From: Camelus ferus
Taxonomy: Eukaryota
Assembly (NCBI RefSeq): GCF_009834535.1
Contig: NC_045696.1
Location: 61,320,001-61,384,000 of the forward strand
DNA length: 64,000 bases
Direction: 5' to 3'
Shown here: one piece after another, positions 50,554 to 63,727 of the stretch
Position numbering within the stretch: the stretch's first letter is position 1
How the letters are laid out: each line of letters begins with the position of its first letter
Notes under the pieces: model-generated
What the model was told of the DNA's origin: nothing
Database searches by the model: none
Seen by the model: the letters and a program-made list of their open reading frames with translations, nothing else
Position numbers and translations under genes: made by a program

Positions 50554-51935
50554 TGTCTTACTGTTGTGCCCTCACCTCCACCTTAGGAGGTAATTGGCCC
50601 CTGAGACTCCTGGATCACTACATTGTCCTGTCCAGGGAACTGTACTTTAGGGCAGGGGTGAAAGAAGGAGAGGATTCAGCTTGACCCTTGAGAAATATTT
50701 TGAGGTGCTTTGGGACAGGAGCAGGGAGTCCTCCTGGTACCACATCAGTAAGTGCTTCCTCTGATTGTGTATCCACTCACCAACCCAGAGCAGGGAGCCT
50801 CCTCTGCCTTCCCAGAACTGACTCTCCTGACCATCTCATGGGGATTTTTTTTTTTTTTTTTACTATCAAAAACTTCACACAAACCTCAACAGAATCCCTA
50901 ATGCAGTTCCCTTCTGCCTCACCTCCAACCTGGTGTCATAATCTCTCTGAGCCTCAGTTTCCTTATCTGTAACATTGGAATAAAGGTAGCATTTACCTTA
51001 TCAGAGTAATTGTAAGGTTTAAATGAGATGCGGTTCCTGCAGGACCTGGTGTACCATAAATGCTCAGTAGACATTAGCTACTGTTGCTGAGATTTTTACT
51101 ATTTTATCAGTCATGGAACCAAATCTAAGGAGCACTTAGAATGTGTGAGGCGCTGTGCTGGGAACCTAGAGGTACTAAGTTTGGCCTCAAATAAGTTTAA
51201 ATTTGTTTGAAAAGAGAAATTACCAATCAATAAAATAGTTCACAAGCACATAATTTGGCAGAGTTTTTCAAGATCTGTCAAAACGCTCGGAAATTTCACT
51301 CAGCAACTCTGCCTCTTAAATACAGCCTCCTCCTCATCTGCTGCATCTTCGGGGGCGGTTTGGCTGCATAAGCCTGTCATCAGGTTGTTGTGGGCTGGGA
51401 AACCCACATGCACCTCATGCACCATCTGGTCCACCCTTCCACACACCAAGGTAACAGCATCAACATAATCAAGGCCTCAGCCCTGACTCTTCCATCTCCA
51501 GGGGGACAGAGCCTCAGTTCCAGCCAGGTTCTCGGGGAGGGGGGGTTGCTGACCAGGGGTATTGCAGGGAAGATCAAGAATTTTGTCTCTACCACCACCC
51601 TAGAAGGTTCCTTAGGAGAAAGTTAGGATGAGGGCCGGCTCGGGGCAAGGGGTGGCCAAAGGCATTTGTGGGAGGAAGAAAGGAGGGGCCACACCTAAGG
51701 ACAGGGAGGAGTCAGAAGCCAGGGAACTCAGCCAGCAAGGGGATCAAATTCCTCTGGGGTGAACTCTGAGATAGGAACTTGTGGGCACGGGAGGCCTGAG
51801 GAGAGAGAGCCAGAGGGGAAGACTCAGCCACTCCACCTACCCACAGCCCAGTCCTGCAGGCAGCACAGCCAGCAGGAGCCGCCTCCCTCAGGGCCCCCGA
51901 CCTGCCTGCCCCTCGCTGGAGAGGAAAGGAATACG

Positions 51936-51973
51936 ATGGAGCCAGGCAGGACTCAGATAAAGCTTGACCCCAG
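51936..51973 (+). CDS. SLC51A: SLC51A (organic solute transporter alpha) coding exon 1 (MEPGRTQIKLDP)
   Basis: Matches the recalled OST-alpha N-terminus; CAG|GTGAGT donor; 38 nt. Confidence 0.96.
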
Positions 51974-52581
51974 GTGAGTGCGGGTGGCAGGCCCTGAGCC
52001 AGGAGGCAATTGCTAAGCAGCAGGGGGCCCTATCACTCTGGCCTGTCCCTCCCTCTCATCCTCCCTCCCAGGGTCCTTTGGATCCCAGCACACAGAATGA
52101 GACAAGACTAATAATGGTCAGGCCATCCCAGGAGGTCCTTAGGGATACTGTGGGGTTGGGCTGGTGTATGACCCCTCAGAGCCTTAGCTTTAGCCCCCAG
52201 CCAGGGAGAGAAAGAGCCCAGAGATGAGGGAGATGGGAGGCATGCACAGAGCCCTGATCAGGTGGGGACCTGTTCCTGGTACTAAGGGTCCACTGTTTCC
52301 CTGGGACCGGCTCTTTCTCCCTAGCCAGTCCCTACCTGGGCTGCTGCCCCAATGAAGCTCTTTGAGCACTGCAGCCAGACCTGCCCATGGCCTAGGTGGC
52401 AGCCTGCCATTCACACCAGCCTGGGCCAATTTTCCATTCCCTCTAAGAATCAGGGTCTTGAGGGGAAATGGACAAGCTCCCTGAACCCAGGAGTGTTTGA
52501 GGGAGTATCGAGCTACTGGTGTCCCTTCTACTACCCTCCCCACTCCCCAAGCCCCCTGACTGTAGGCTGGTGTCTCTCCAG

Positions 52582-52676
52582 GTACACAGCAGATCTTCTG
52601 GAGATACTGAAAACCAACTACAGCGTTCCCGCCGCCTGCTTCTCTTACCCTCCCACTGCAGCCCAACTTCTGAGAG
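52582..52676 (+). CDS. SLC51A: SLC51A coding exon 2 (RYTADLLEILKTNYSVPAACFSYPPTAAQLLR)
   Basis: ctccag acceptor, G|GTGAGT donor, 95 nt, matches OST-alpha. Confidence 0.96.
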
Positions 52677-53646
52677 GTGAGTCAGGGACCTTCCCCAGAG
52701 GGACCTGAAATCAGAGAGAAAAATGAGCATCCCAGCAGGAGTCAGGGCAGCTGAGAGGAGCTAAGGAGAGGTAGTCCTGAACTGGCTGGCCTGGAGGGTC
52801 TGGGAGGAAGTGTGTCTAGTGTCTGTCTATCATGGTAAAAACCTGGGAGATCAACTCTTTGAGGAGCCAAAAGGCCAAAAGAGGGGTGTGACCATCTGGC
52901 CCAGAGACAAACCTGCAGGTTGGGCCTCCCCAATTCAAATTGAGGAAACTAACCTGGAGCATTTTTCAGACCCCAGGGCCACACGGGGACTCAGGTTGGT
53001 GCCCAAATGATCCCAGCCCCATAGAATCCCCTTGAGGCCTGCACAACAGCCTCCTTGAGAAAGGGTCTATATCATTTTAGAGAGGTGGTTATTATGAATA
53101 ATGTTCTTAAAACTTAGGTGAACCTATAAAAGTATTGTGACAGTGTTGGCCTAGTAGATCCTATTACTGAATTGCTTTTGAAAGTGAAAGGCAGAGGAAG
53201 GGACTCTGTTTATTCCCTGAACATCTAAAAAATGACAATCAAATAACCTAGCATCTTGATAGCGAATGTGGCTCACATTCAAATTTAATTTTGTTTTCCT
53301 ACTGCACGACCAACTACCTCTTGGACATGATGTATAGGCGTCTATATCTCTTTGGCATCCCTAATGCCTTCCCAGGCTCCTTCTTGATGTTGTCACCTTA
53401 AGAAGTAGACTTACTGAACAGCAGGATGTGATCAGTGTGCACTAGGAGGCAGGCACGGGCATAGCCTTGGACATTGCTTAGCCTCGTTTCAGATGCTGTG
53501 AACCAGAGTGAATACGAACTGCCAGAGGGTGTCCAGAGAAGCCTTGTGGCTGCTCTGTGGCTCATGCCAGTAGGCGGATGCTACATCCACCTTCAGGGTC
53601 CTCTTGTTTAAAAGGTGCGGCTGATGGTACAAGTCTTCCCTCATCC

Positions 53647-53847
53647 CAGCATTTTCAATCAGTCAATATTGTCCCGCAGAAGACTTTTGACAACATCTGG
53701 AGGCAGTTTCATTTGCTACCATGAGAGGGTGCTACTGCTGTCTAGTGGGTAGAGGTCAGGGATGTTGCCCTGGAAACAAAGGAAAGTCCCCACAAGAAAA
53801 AATTATCTGGGCCAAAGTGTCATTAATGCTGAGATTGAGAAACCCTG
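53647..53847 (+). mobile_element. MER20 hAT DNA transposon relic
   Basis: gggtgctactg..tctagtgggtagaggtcagggatg and terminal ttgagaaaccctg. Confidence 0.85.
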
Positions 53848-54659
53848 CCTTACACAGTGAAAATGGATCTCCCATGGCTTTGCTACAAAATGTACAAATA
53901 GAAGTACTCAGGATGTTCAAAGCAGGGAGAACATTCTGGGTTCTGGGTGTGGTGGTCTGGCGTACTGCTTTGTTCCCAGGTTGGAGTGGGTAGCAGTTGG
54001 AGAGTGAAGACCGGGCACTGCTGGAGTTGGAGTGGAGACAGAATGAGTAGGCAGTTTCTCCAGACACTGAGGAGCTGGATCTCACAAGATTCAAAGTTAC
54101 TGGTGGGGAAGCTGGGGACAATTGAGAGGGCTGGGAAGGTAAGGTGGAGCCTGCTGAGTGTCAGGCAGAGGAGTTGTACTTTATCCTGCAGGCAGAGGAG
54201 TGGATGAGGGCTCTGAGATTGGGAGGGGCTGGATAGTGCTTAAGGACCATTATTAATCAGTAATCAAGATGGACTTTGAGGAAGATTTTTGAGAAGCCAA
54301 GATATAAATTGGAGGTTACTGCCCTAGGAAGCATGAGGGACAAGAGTCTGAGCCAGATCAGTGTCAGGGAAAAAAAGACAAGTTTAGAAAATATAGGCAA
54401 TCTGGTAAATATCTTGACAAGATAAATGAAGGAAATAAGAGACTGTAACGATGACTCAGAGAATCTGGACAGCAGTGACGACACTGACAGAAATAGGAGA
54501 GTCAGGAAGAGGTGCCAATTGGAGGGTGTGTCTTCCTCCTTTATTTATAAACTCTGTTGTTCCTTAAACTAAATGCCATCTAAGAAAAAGCTGTTCTGGA
54601 TGAATTATTGAATCCTTCAATAATCTGTTTTTGAAATGCCGTGATATGATTGCAATTAT

Positions 54660-56250
54660 AATCCTTATAGGATTTTTTTTTTTACTGGACTGATCCAAAC
54701 ATTTATATGGAGGAGTAAAGGTCCAAGAAAGCCAAGACAATCTTGAAAAGTGCAAGGAAGGTGCATGCCCTCCCAGAGATTAAGGCTTATAAGAAGACTA
54801 GAGGGGAAGGTACAGCCCAAGTGGCAGAGCGCATGCTTAGCATTCATGAGGTCCTGGGTGCAATCCCCAGCACCTCCTCTAAAAATAAATAAATGAATAA
54901 ACCTAATTACCTCCCTCCTCAAAAAAAAAAAAAATTAAAAAAAATTTTAATTAAAAAAAAAGACTAGAATAATTAAAGGAATAGGGTAATAACTGCAAGG
55001 GGCCTGACAAGTAGAGAAATGAAATAGAATAGTGGGCTCAGAAATAGACCAATGTGCCCATTGGGGACTTGCTATATGAAAGGATGCTACACACCTCAGT
55101 GGGGCAGATGGACATTTCAAGAAGTGATGCTGGACAATTGCCTGTCCTTATGGCAAATAAATAAACATAAAAATAGCTCCAACCTAGCTTTAATTCAGGT
55201 ATATTAAGTACCAAGTATAAAGTGCAAACATTTTTACAAAAGAAAATATGGAAAGATATCTTTATGGTTGGGAGTAGAGAATACTTTCTTAAATAAAACT
55301 CAAGAAGGCACAAATGATCATGAAGATTGACTACATAAAGCAAGCAAACTTCTATACAACTGAAAACATTATAAACAATGTTAAAAGCCAAACCAAAGAC
55401 TGGGAGAAGATAGGTTCAAGCTTTATAACTAACAAGGATGATTAGTCAGTATAAGAAAAATTACCCAATAAAAATTAGATAAGATATATGAACAGACAAT
55501 TCATACTAGAACAAGAAACCCAAATGGCCAATAAATATACAAAAAGATGATCTCTTTTGTTAGGCATTATGAAACCACAAATTAAACAATGAAATATCAT
55601 TTCACTGTTCTCTTAAAGGTAAAAATTAAAAGTCTGATAGTTTCAAGTGATGGTGAATTTGAGAGGAACTGTAAACCCTTGTAGACTGCTGGTGGGAGTA
55701 TAAATTAGTATAACCACTTTGAAGAGTAATTAGACACCTTTAACACTGAAGATTCTCATGTCCTACAACCCAGCAATTCTAACTCGAGGTATAAGAATAG
55801 AGGAGCTCTCCCATACATGCCAAAGAGACACATCTAAGAGTGTTTATGGTAATATTTGTTTGTCATAATGAAAATAGTAACAACCATGAAAATAAGGTTG
55901 AGTAGAAAAGCATTTTGCGAAATAATGCCATTTATATAGATTTTTTTTAATGCAAAGCAATATAATATGTTGAGTATGTACATACGTTGTGAAAAATTAA
56001 AACATTCAGGAAAAGATACAAACCAACTTCAGAATAGTAGTTAGCCCTGGAAGGTGAGGTAGGGAAGAAAAAGGGATCCAAGAGGTATATTTAGGGACCT
56101 TCAAATATATCTGTAACACTTTATCTTTCTAAGGATAACTTTTGAAGCAAAATTGGCAATATCATAACATTCCTTAAAATGGATTATCAGTATATTAATG
56201 TTTGCTCTATTATCCTTGATATTTTAAAAATTTTTATAATTAAAGAAATT
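54660..56250 (+). mobile_element. Ancient L1 (L1ME-like) fragment
   Basis: Highly degenerate ORF2 3' motifs (ctgctggtgggagtataaatt, cccagcaattct). Confidence 0.65.
54803..54956 (+). mobile_element. tRNA-derived SINE in SLC51A intron 2
   Basis: SINE head and body, A tail, TSD aagactaga. Confidence 0.9.
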
Positions 56251-56363
56251 ATAAAAGTCATTTTTGACAGGCTGTGATGAAATGTTAGATTAAAGAAACC
56301 AGAATACTAAATTTTACAGTGTGATTGCAGTAATACAATATGTATGCACTTTAACCAGGATGT

Positions 56364-56495
56364 TTTTTTTAACATTTTTTATTGATTTATAATCATTTTA
56401 CAATGTTGTGTCAAATTCCAGTGTAGAGCACAATTTTTCAGTTATACATGAACATATATATATTCATTGTCACGTTTTTTTCTCTGTGAGCTACC
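56364..56495 (-). mobile_element. Short young L1 3' terminus
   Basis: Reverse complement resembles 13690-13820; perfect TSD aaccaggatgt at 56353 and 56496. Confidence 0.85.
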
Positions 56496-57645
56496 AACCA
56501 GGATGTATTTTAAAGCTACTTTTTATCGGGCAAATACTACATGCCATGCTAAGAGGTTTAATTAGGGGATAAATAACCTGTCCAAGGTTGTAGATCAAGC
56601 AGTGAGTAGAATTTTACTTTGAACTCAGAGCCTATGCTCTTAACCTCTATGGAAACAAATATGCAAAAATGAAAATAATTTTTGGTTAGGAACTAGCTAG
56701 GATTATGGGTGACACTTTTCAAAATTTTAATATTCCTATATTGTTTTCATTATTAAAAAATAATCTTCACTATTACACAGACAGTGGGAAATTTGCTAGT
56801 TGCTAAAGGTATAATTGTATTCAGATGAGTCAGTTAGACAAGCATTTTCCCAAAGTGCGTTCCTTGGAATACTAATCCCAAAGAGCACTCCATGAGAACA
56901 GAACCTGTAGAAAAATAACTTTTGTAAACTCCTTTTGGAAATTAACAATATAAATCAGATTTAAAACTTCAGTATATTCTGCAGGAAAGAAACTTGTTTA
57001 ACTTTGTTTAAAGTGTTTCCCAAAATCTTTGTGCTACAGGATACTTTTTTTTCCGTAATGCCTATTAAGATGCAGAAAAATAAGATAGAGAACAATCTTC
57101 CAAGAAGAGAAATGAGTTTAAGGTAGAGTAGTGGTGTCAGACTATGGATGCCAAGGAACTTCTCTCTCTCAGCTTTGCACCATGGAAGTGGATACAACAG
57201 CCTGTAGATACTGCAAGTGTGAGAAAGACAGAGCACCAATGCCAGCAGATAAAGTGCAAAAGCACTTCTGTGTTAACAGTCGGAGTTGCCTCACCCCCAC
57301 CTTCATAAACGTAAGCAATCTTTAGAGTTGCTCTGATTGCTTATGTTACTCCACATTTCCTCCGGTATCTATGTGAACACATTCCAAGTCAGCTTGAGTG
57401 ATGGTTAAGAAAATGAGCTTAGGATCAGGAACCCCTGGGTTTAAATTCCAGCTTCATCTCTTCCAGGCTAGGTGACCATGGGCAAGGTGCTCAACTCTCT
57501 AAGACTAGTTTACTGAAAAAGCTTATAAAATGGAGCTAATAGGAATTCCCATGGGATCCTTTCTTTCATTCAACAATCACTCTTACTGTTCAGGCACTTG
57601 GAGAAAGGAACAGAGAATAAGCCTGACAAAGTCCCTGCCTTTGTG

Positions 57646-57714
57646 CTGAGTTTTTTGTGTTTGTTTGTTTTGTTTTGGTGAGTTTTTTTGTTTTTGTTTT
57701 TGTTTTTGTTTTTG
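57646..57714. repeat. T-rich (TTTTG/TTTTTG)n simple repeat
   Basis: Direct inspection. Confidence 0.85.
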
Positions 57715-59046
57715 GTAGGTGGCAGTTTTAATAAGAGGGAACTTACACGTAAGGTTTGTCTTGGGCAAGGTGATTAGATCTCCATGCCTGCCAGAATCTT
57801 TTTTTTTTTAAACACTTTTATTATGGTATGATTCCTTTATGGTAAACTACACATGTTTCAGAAGTAAAATTTGATAGATGTATACACCAATGAAAAACCA
57901 CCACCACAATCAAGATAGCTAACATTTCCCTCACTCCCCGAATTTCGAATTCCCAATTTATCCTTTCCTAATCCCTTTATACTGCGATCACTTCAATGGG
58001 GACAGACAATAAACAGTTAAATAAATACGTACATAACCTCACTGTGGAGGGCAGATAAGGGGCGGAGTAATGGCACATTGGGCACTCAGGGGAGGCTGGT
58101 TGAGGAGAGGCATTTGAGCAGAGAGCTTAGTGATGAGAAGGAGCCACAGCCACACGAGCTCAGGGAGAAAAGCTGAACAGGCAGAAGCCAAGCGCTATAA
58201 AATCCTGGAGGTGAAAACAGCTCACGTGGTTGTTGGGATGCTGAGGAGTGGTAGGAAACTTCAAGTAAACAGAGATGAGTCGAGATGCAGTGACTGAGTT
58301 TGGAGAACACTCTGAGTAGGAGAGGTTGAGGAATCAGGAGAGGAAACCTAGGGTCAGAGGCCAGGAGGGGAACCAGAAGGACTGTGGTTCTGCAAGTCAA
58401 GGGGGGGAGGTTTTCAAGGACCAGGGAATAGTCAAGGACAATGAAGATTGGGAAAGGCTTTGGCCTTGATGGCTTTGGGAAGGGCTGTTTCTACTATCAG
58501 TTCTCAGTGAGCTGATGAGGACAAGAGTCAAGGAGCGGGTGGGAGAGTGAGGCGAGGAGAGGCCTCCTGCAGTGACTGCCCTTTCCGAAAATGGACATTG
58601 GATTTTAGAAATCTACTGAATTAATTTTGGTTTCTGCTATTTGGACTTTATCTTTTGTCTGTATTTTTTTAACTAAACATTTTTACTGTAAAAATAATTC
58701 AGTAAATATGAAAATACAGAAAAGTGAAAAGAAGGAAAGTCATATATGGTCCCACCACTCAAGACCAGCACTGCAAATATTGTAGTGTAATTTCTGTTTT
58801 CTATGCTTTTATTTAACATTAGTGGAAATCATTCTATACTATATTTTATGTCTTGTTTTTACATGCATGACATCATATGAATTTTTCACATTATTATATA
58901 TTAGGCAAAATATGTCTTTTAAAAAATTTTTTTTGTTATAAAATGTATATTCATTACAGAATAATTGTAAAAGAAAGAAGACAAAAACTACCCACAGTCT
59001 TATCACCCAAAGACAACATTGCTGATTTTTTTAGTATTTCTAAGCA

Positions 59047-59194
59047 TTTTTTCTTTTTTTTTTCTAACTCTTTTCTGGAGGGGGGTGCAGCAATTGGGTT
59101 TATTTATTTATGTTTAGAGGAGGTACTGGGGATTGAACCCAGGACCTTCTGCACGCTAAGCATGTGCTCTACCACTTGAGCTATACCCTCCCCC
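59047..59194 (-). mobile_element. tRNA-derived SINE in SLC51A intron 2
   Basis: Reverse complement of the SINE; TSD ta(a/g)gcat. Confidence 0.9.
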
Positions 59195-59734
59195 TAGGCA
59201 TATTTTCCATGCAATGATTTTTTTTAATCAAAATAATATATGAACATGATTAAAAATGTAAATAGCACAAAGGGGCTACTAATGAAAACCAACAATCCCC
59301 TGCCCTATTTATTCTTATTTCTAATCTCCCTCATCCTTTTTGAGCTGATGATTCTCCTGATAGTTGCCTTCAAACTACCATTATTTCCTGGGGTATTAAT
59401 TTTGGACATTATCTGTGGCCGCCTCTATAATACATGAAGATTTAGCTCATTTAGTGCCAACCTCTTCCATTTTTTCTATATAATTATGTCAATATTTTAG
59501 TTGGCTATCTTTATAGCTATATATACTGTACCTATGGCTTATTTCTTATTGTGCCAACTATGGACAGTACTTCTTCACTTTCCATTTTGTAAGATAAAGA
59601 TATTGGTGCCTCACTCTTCCTTTCAACTCTTTTCTACCTTTTTCTACCCAATCAAATCCTTTAAACATGATTATAATTTTACTGTGCTAATTTTGATTCT
59701 GCTTTGTTCATGTAAATGTGTGTTTGATGTTTGT

Positions 59735-60785
59735 TTTAGGTATAAATTACATACTGTAGGGCAATGATTTTAAGTATATAATTTGGTGGATTTTTACCTA
59801 CATGTACATCTATGAAACCACCATCCAGCCCAAGATACAGAGTATTTCCAGCATCCAGCAGGGTCTCTCATACTCCCCCCAGTTAATACTCCTCCAAAGA
59901 CCACTATCCTAAGCTCTAACACATCTTTGATCAATTTTCCCTATTCTTCAATTGATGTAATCAAAATCAAACAGTAATTCCATTACGGGGATATATCAAA
60001 ATTTCTTAATCTGTATTCTTGTTGAAGAACATAATGGGCTATTTCCCATTTGAGCCATTACGAACTATGCTGCTCTGAACGTTCTTTTGGTGATTCTAGG
60101 CACTCATTCCTATTGAATATGTTTCCAGGAGTGCAGTTTCTGTGTCACAGGGTAGGTGTATATTGAGCTTTAATGGATACTAACAAACTGTTTTCCAAAG
60201 TACTAGTACCACTCCCAACAGCAACGTATGAGAGTTCCAATTGTTTCTCATCCTCACCAGCACTTAGAATCATTATTCAGTTTAACTTCAGCCCTTCTGG
60301 TGGGTATATAGTGGCATCTCACATTTTTATTTCCCCGATGACTGTTGATATTTAGAACCTTTTTATACTTCTTGAACATTTGAATTGAACTTTGAAAAGT
60401 TACTGTTTAGATCTTTTTTTATTTGTAAAAATTGTGTTCTTTTCCTTACTGATAGGAGGAATTCTTTATATACTATGAATATGAGTCTTTTGTTGGATAT
60501 TTGTATAGCAAATATCCTCTCTCAGTACACATTTATTTAAAATGCTTCCCCCAGTCTGCTTGCTGCCTTTTTTGTTTTTCAAACACTCATGAATTTAGAC
60601 TTTTTATATCAGATTTGACCATTGTTCTCTTTGTGATTTCCTGGATTGCACCTAAGTTTAGGCGGATCTTCCCTTTCCAAAGTTTTGATGAAAATACACT
60701 TCTCTCTTTTTCTCTTCTTTCAGTTTTCCCTGTTTGACTTTTAAAGGCTTATCTCTTTAATCTATCTGGAATTATTTTGATATGT
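59735..60785 (-). mobile_element. Old L1 3' fragment
   Basis: Degenerate L1M 3' UTR and ORF2-end motifs. Confidence 0.65.
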
Positions 60786-62592
60786 GGCAGGCTTTATGTG
60801 TATCTCACGATAAAACAATCATGATTTTTAAAAATCTACATTTTTATTGCATAAGGGTAAAATTTAGTGAAAAAAAATTCTCTGTGATTTTTATATTTTT
60901 AAAGCTTCAAAGAGGAAAAGGTAAAGTCTCTTTTTAATAAAGGACTACAACCAGTTTTCTTAATGTTTAAAACCTGCAGAGCCTACTGGAACAGTATCTA
61001 GAGAGGTAATTAAGAAAGAGGCAACAGAGCCACACAGCAAGAGCAACGCCAAGCCAGTAATTTAGTCACCCAGTGGGCGAGGGCTGTGACCTAACTAAAT
61101 GGAGGGGAGTGGAGGAAGGGATGGGGAGGAGGGAAGAAAATAGCACAGCCTAGTCTTTTGTAGCCAGTGATAGGAAAAGCTTACCACTGACTTCAGAAGT
61201 GCAGCTTGGGAGCTGGAATCCAAGGACCACCTTCCCCGTGGCAGGTCCTCCGGAGTGGTCACAGACCTAACTCTGGTCAGAGGTAAAGGGCCTCTTGGAT
61301 AAAGCAAACAGAAACAGAGACAAACATGTGCTCTGAAATAAGAACAACCAGGGTCAACATGACATTTTTTGATAAATTCACCTTTGTCCTGGTTGCTCCT
61401 TGTGGTGCCGTCAGGTGTGACTGATCTAGCTGACAATGACTCAAGTCTTTACTGTGGTATGGTCGCCTTCCTCCCTGCCTTGGTGTCAGCAGTAACATCT
61501 CTGCCTGAGCTGCCCTCAGTCACCAAGACATAGGGCAGGCCAGCCAATACCTTTCTCATAATGTACTCCCAATGCAATAAGACAACGGACTGGACTCTGA
61601 CAGTCTTCCCCAACTTCTTCCTGTCATCTAGCCAGTTAGGAGGTGGAAAGGAGTTTGCCAACCAGGGAAGAGACTTAGATAAACGAAGGTCTGGGCTTGT
61701 TGGCAGACTCCTCCTGTCGCTGAGGACACTGAACCCTTTGTTTAAAACTAATTGTTGCACTGATGAATCACATGTCCAGCAACAAATACTGTGATTATAT
61801 TAATGTTCTCCTGTTAGAAATGGTGAGGCCAGAGTAGCTTCACTGGTGTTTGTTAAAATGTTTATCTTCTGGCTATTGCCATTGTCGGGTGAGGTGGTTT
61901 AAAATGTAGATTACTGGTTCCATCCCAGATCTATTGAAATAGCATCCCTGACGGCAAGGCCTGGGCAGCTACTTTTTAACAGCTCCTCAAATAACTTGAA
62001 TAAACACTAAAGAGAGCTACTCAACCACATTTGGTATAAGACTAAGTGTGAAGCCAACATGGGTCAAATGTCCTTGGAGACTTTACTTGTACCCATTTGT
62101 TAAAGTCCCTTCCTAATGTCCCAGTTTTGTGACATAATTTTTGAAATAAAACTTAAACAGCTCTAAGTAAAGCATGAATTATATTCTGCTTCAATTATAA
62201 TGTTTATTGGTCCCCGTCTGCTAGCATGACACCTGATAATGAGATAGAAAAGTGAATAGGCCCTGTTGACCTCCTAATTCAGAATTTTTGCTAATATTTG
62301 CTAATTTTGCAATATAAACTGGTTTGGTGTCAATACCCTCGTTCAGGTAAGCCTTACCGTACCTGTAGTTATTTGGTCTAGTCTCCCATCTCCGCAGAAG
62401 AATGACTATTTCTTAGTCACATGTTGGATCTGTAGGTCTAAGAAAAAGCCCATCTTTTGCATGGAAGGGAACCTAGACCAGGTAATTCTAGATGTGGTAA
62501 AGCAATTTAGATTCAAGTGAGGAAGCCTACATCTTCTGCTCCTCAGTCGTGGTCTTTACCTCACTGAAGTCTGCCTTCTCTTTCCACTCTAG

Positions 62593-62747
62593 CATTGGGT
62601 CCTGTGGAGATTTCCCTCACGGTCATCATGACCTTGCTTGTCCTGGGTTCAATCGCCATCTTCCTGGAGGATGCTGTCTACATACACAAGAACACTCGCT
62701 GCCCCATCAAGAGGAAGACTCTTCTCTGGATGAGCTCTGCACCCACG
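62593..62747 (+). CDS. SLC51A: SLC51A coding exon 3 (ALGPVEISLTVIMTLLVLGSIAIFLEDAVYIHKNTRCPIKRKTLLWMSSAPT)
   Basis: Hand translation. Pyrimidine tract plus ctag acceptor, ACG|GTGAGG donor, 155 nt. Confidence 0.96.
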
Positions 62748-63494
62748 GTGAGGGCCTGGTAGCTGCTCTTTGAGAGGGACCAGAGAGGAACTAGGGTCCA
62801 TTTTGAGGATTCCTTTAAACTCAATAATTCAAGTCAGCAATGAGGTGCCTTCCTCTACCACCTTAGGGTGGGGGTTTTAATCTGATTTCTGTTTGCAGTC
62901 AGGACCCCTTGCTTGGAAGATCAACGGACAGTGGGATAGAGTATTCGAAACCTTAGAGCCACCGAGACAGCTAGAGAAACTGCTCAGCCCACCAGCAGCC
63001 CCACTCACTACTCCCTCACTATGATACTGCTGTTAAAAGCAAGCCTCATTCCTGTACAGACAGAGCAGTGGTTCCTCAGCATGTAGTAGGAGAAGAATTT
63101 TCCCCTATGGGGTCATGCTTACCCTACCCTTACATTGCAGGTCCTTTTAACTCCCCCACAGCCATTGGATAGCTCTTTGGCTTGCTCTCAGGCCATAAGG
63201 TAGGACTTCTCTTTCCTTGTGGTGAGCTCTGTGTCTGTGTGGGGTGAAGAACAAAGTCCTTGAGGCCCTTTCCTGCCAGATAACATCTGCCTGGGCCATC
63301 TCAAGTCATCAGGGTTGCTCTAATAACATGGGATGTTGAAAAGGAAGGGTTGGATCTTGATCCACTTACTTCTAAAGACAAACTAACCTCCTATCCCATG
63401 AATATAGGTTGAGAGAGTCTTCAAAAGAGCCCCTGGCTCAAAGTGACTTGCTGTCTCTAACCCTAGACAAGGAATAAACTGACAGCTGAATTTT

Positions 63495-63557
63495 AATTGG
63501 CAATAATCACACCTCAGATAAACCTCATTGGCTGCAATACTGCCACTGTGCAAAGTT
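63495..63557 (-). pseudogene. U4 snRNA retropseudogene (nt 1-63, 3'-truncated) in SLC51A intron 3
   Basis: Reverse complement AACTTTGCACAGTGGCAGTATTGCAGCCAATGAGGTTTATCTGAGGTGTGATTATTGCCAATT aligns with the U4 5' end. Direct repeats tgacagctgaatttt at 63480-63494 and 63558-63572. Confidence 0.93.
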
Positions 63558-63727
63558 TGACAGCTGAATTTTTTAAGAAGTTTTAGTTAGTTATTTTTTT
63601 CAGCTGGCCACCTTTAAGTAATGATGCCTCAAATGTTTAAGTTTTGCTTCCTTAAGTCCTTGAAGCAAAAGGTGAGCATGAAGTCTCCCTCGTTGTCCTA
63701 ACCTGCTCTTTGCTCCTCTCCAAGCAG

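Noticed and set aside
51759..51935. GTG-initiated in-frame N-terminal extension of SLC51A
   Set aside because: The known protein starts at MEPGRT in good context (acgATGg); nothing supports upstream initiation.
61449..61760. 103-aa minus-strand ORF in SLC51A intron 2 as a processed pseudogene
   Set aside because: No recognisable parent, poly(A) tail or TSD.
62640..62654. 15-nt identity (gtcctgggttcaatc) between SLC51A exon 3 and the SINE B-box region
   Set aside because: It encodes VLGSI in a conserved exon with no other SINE parts or TSD; coincidence is most likely.
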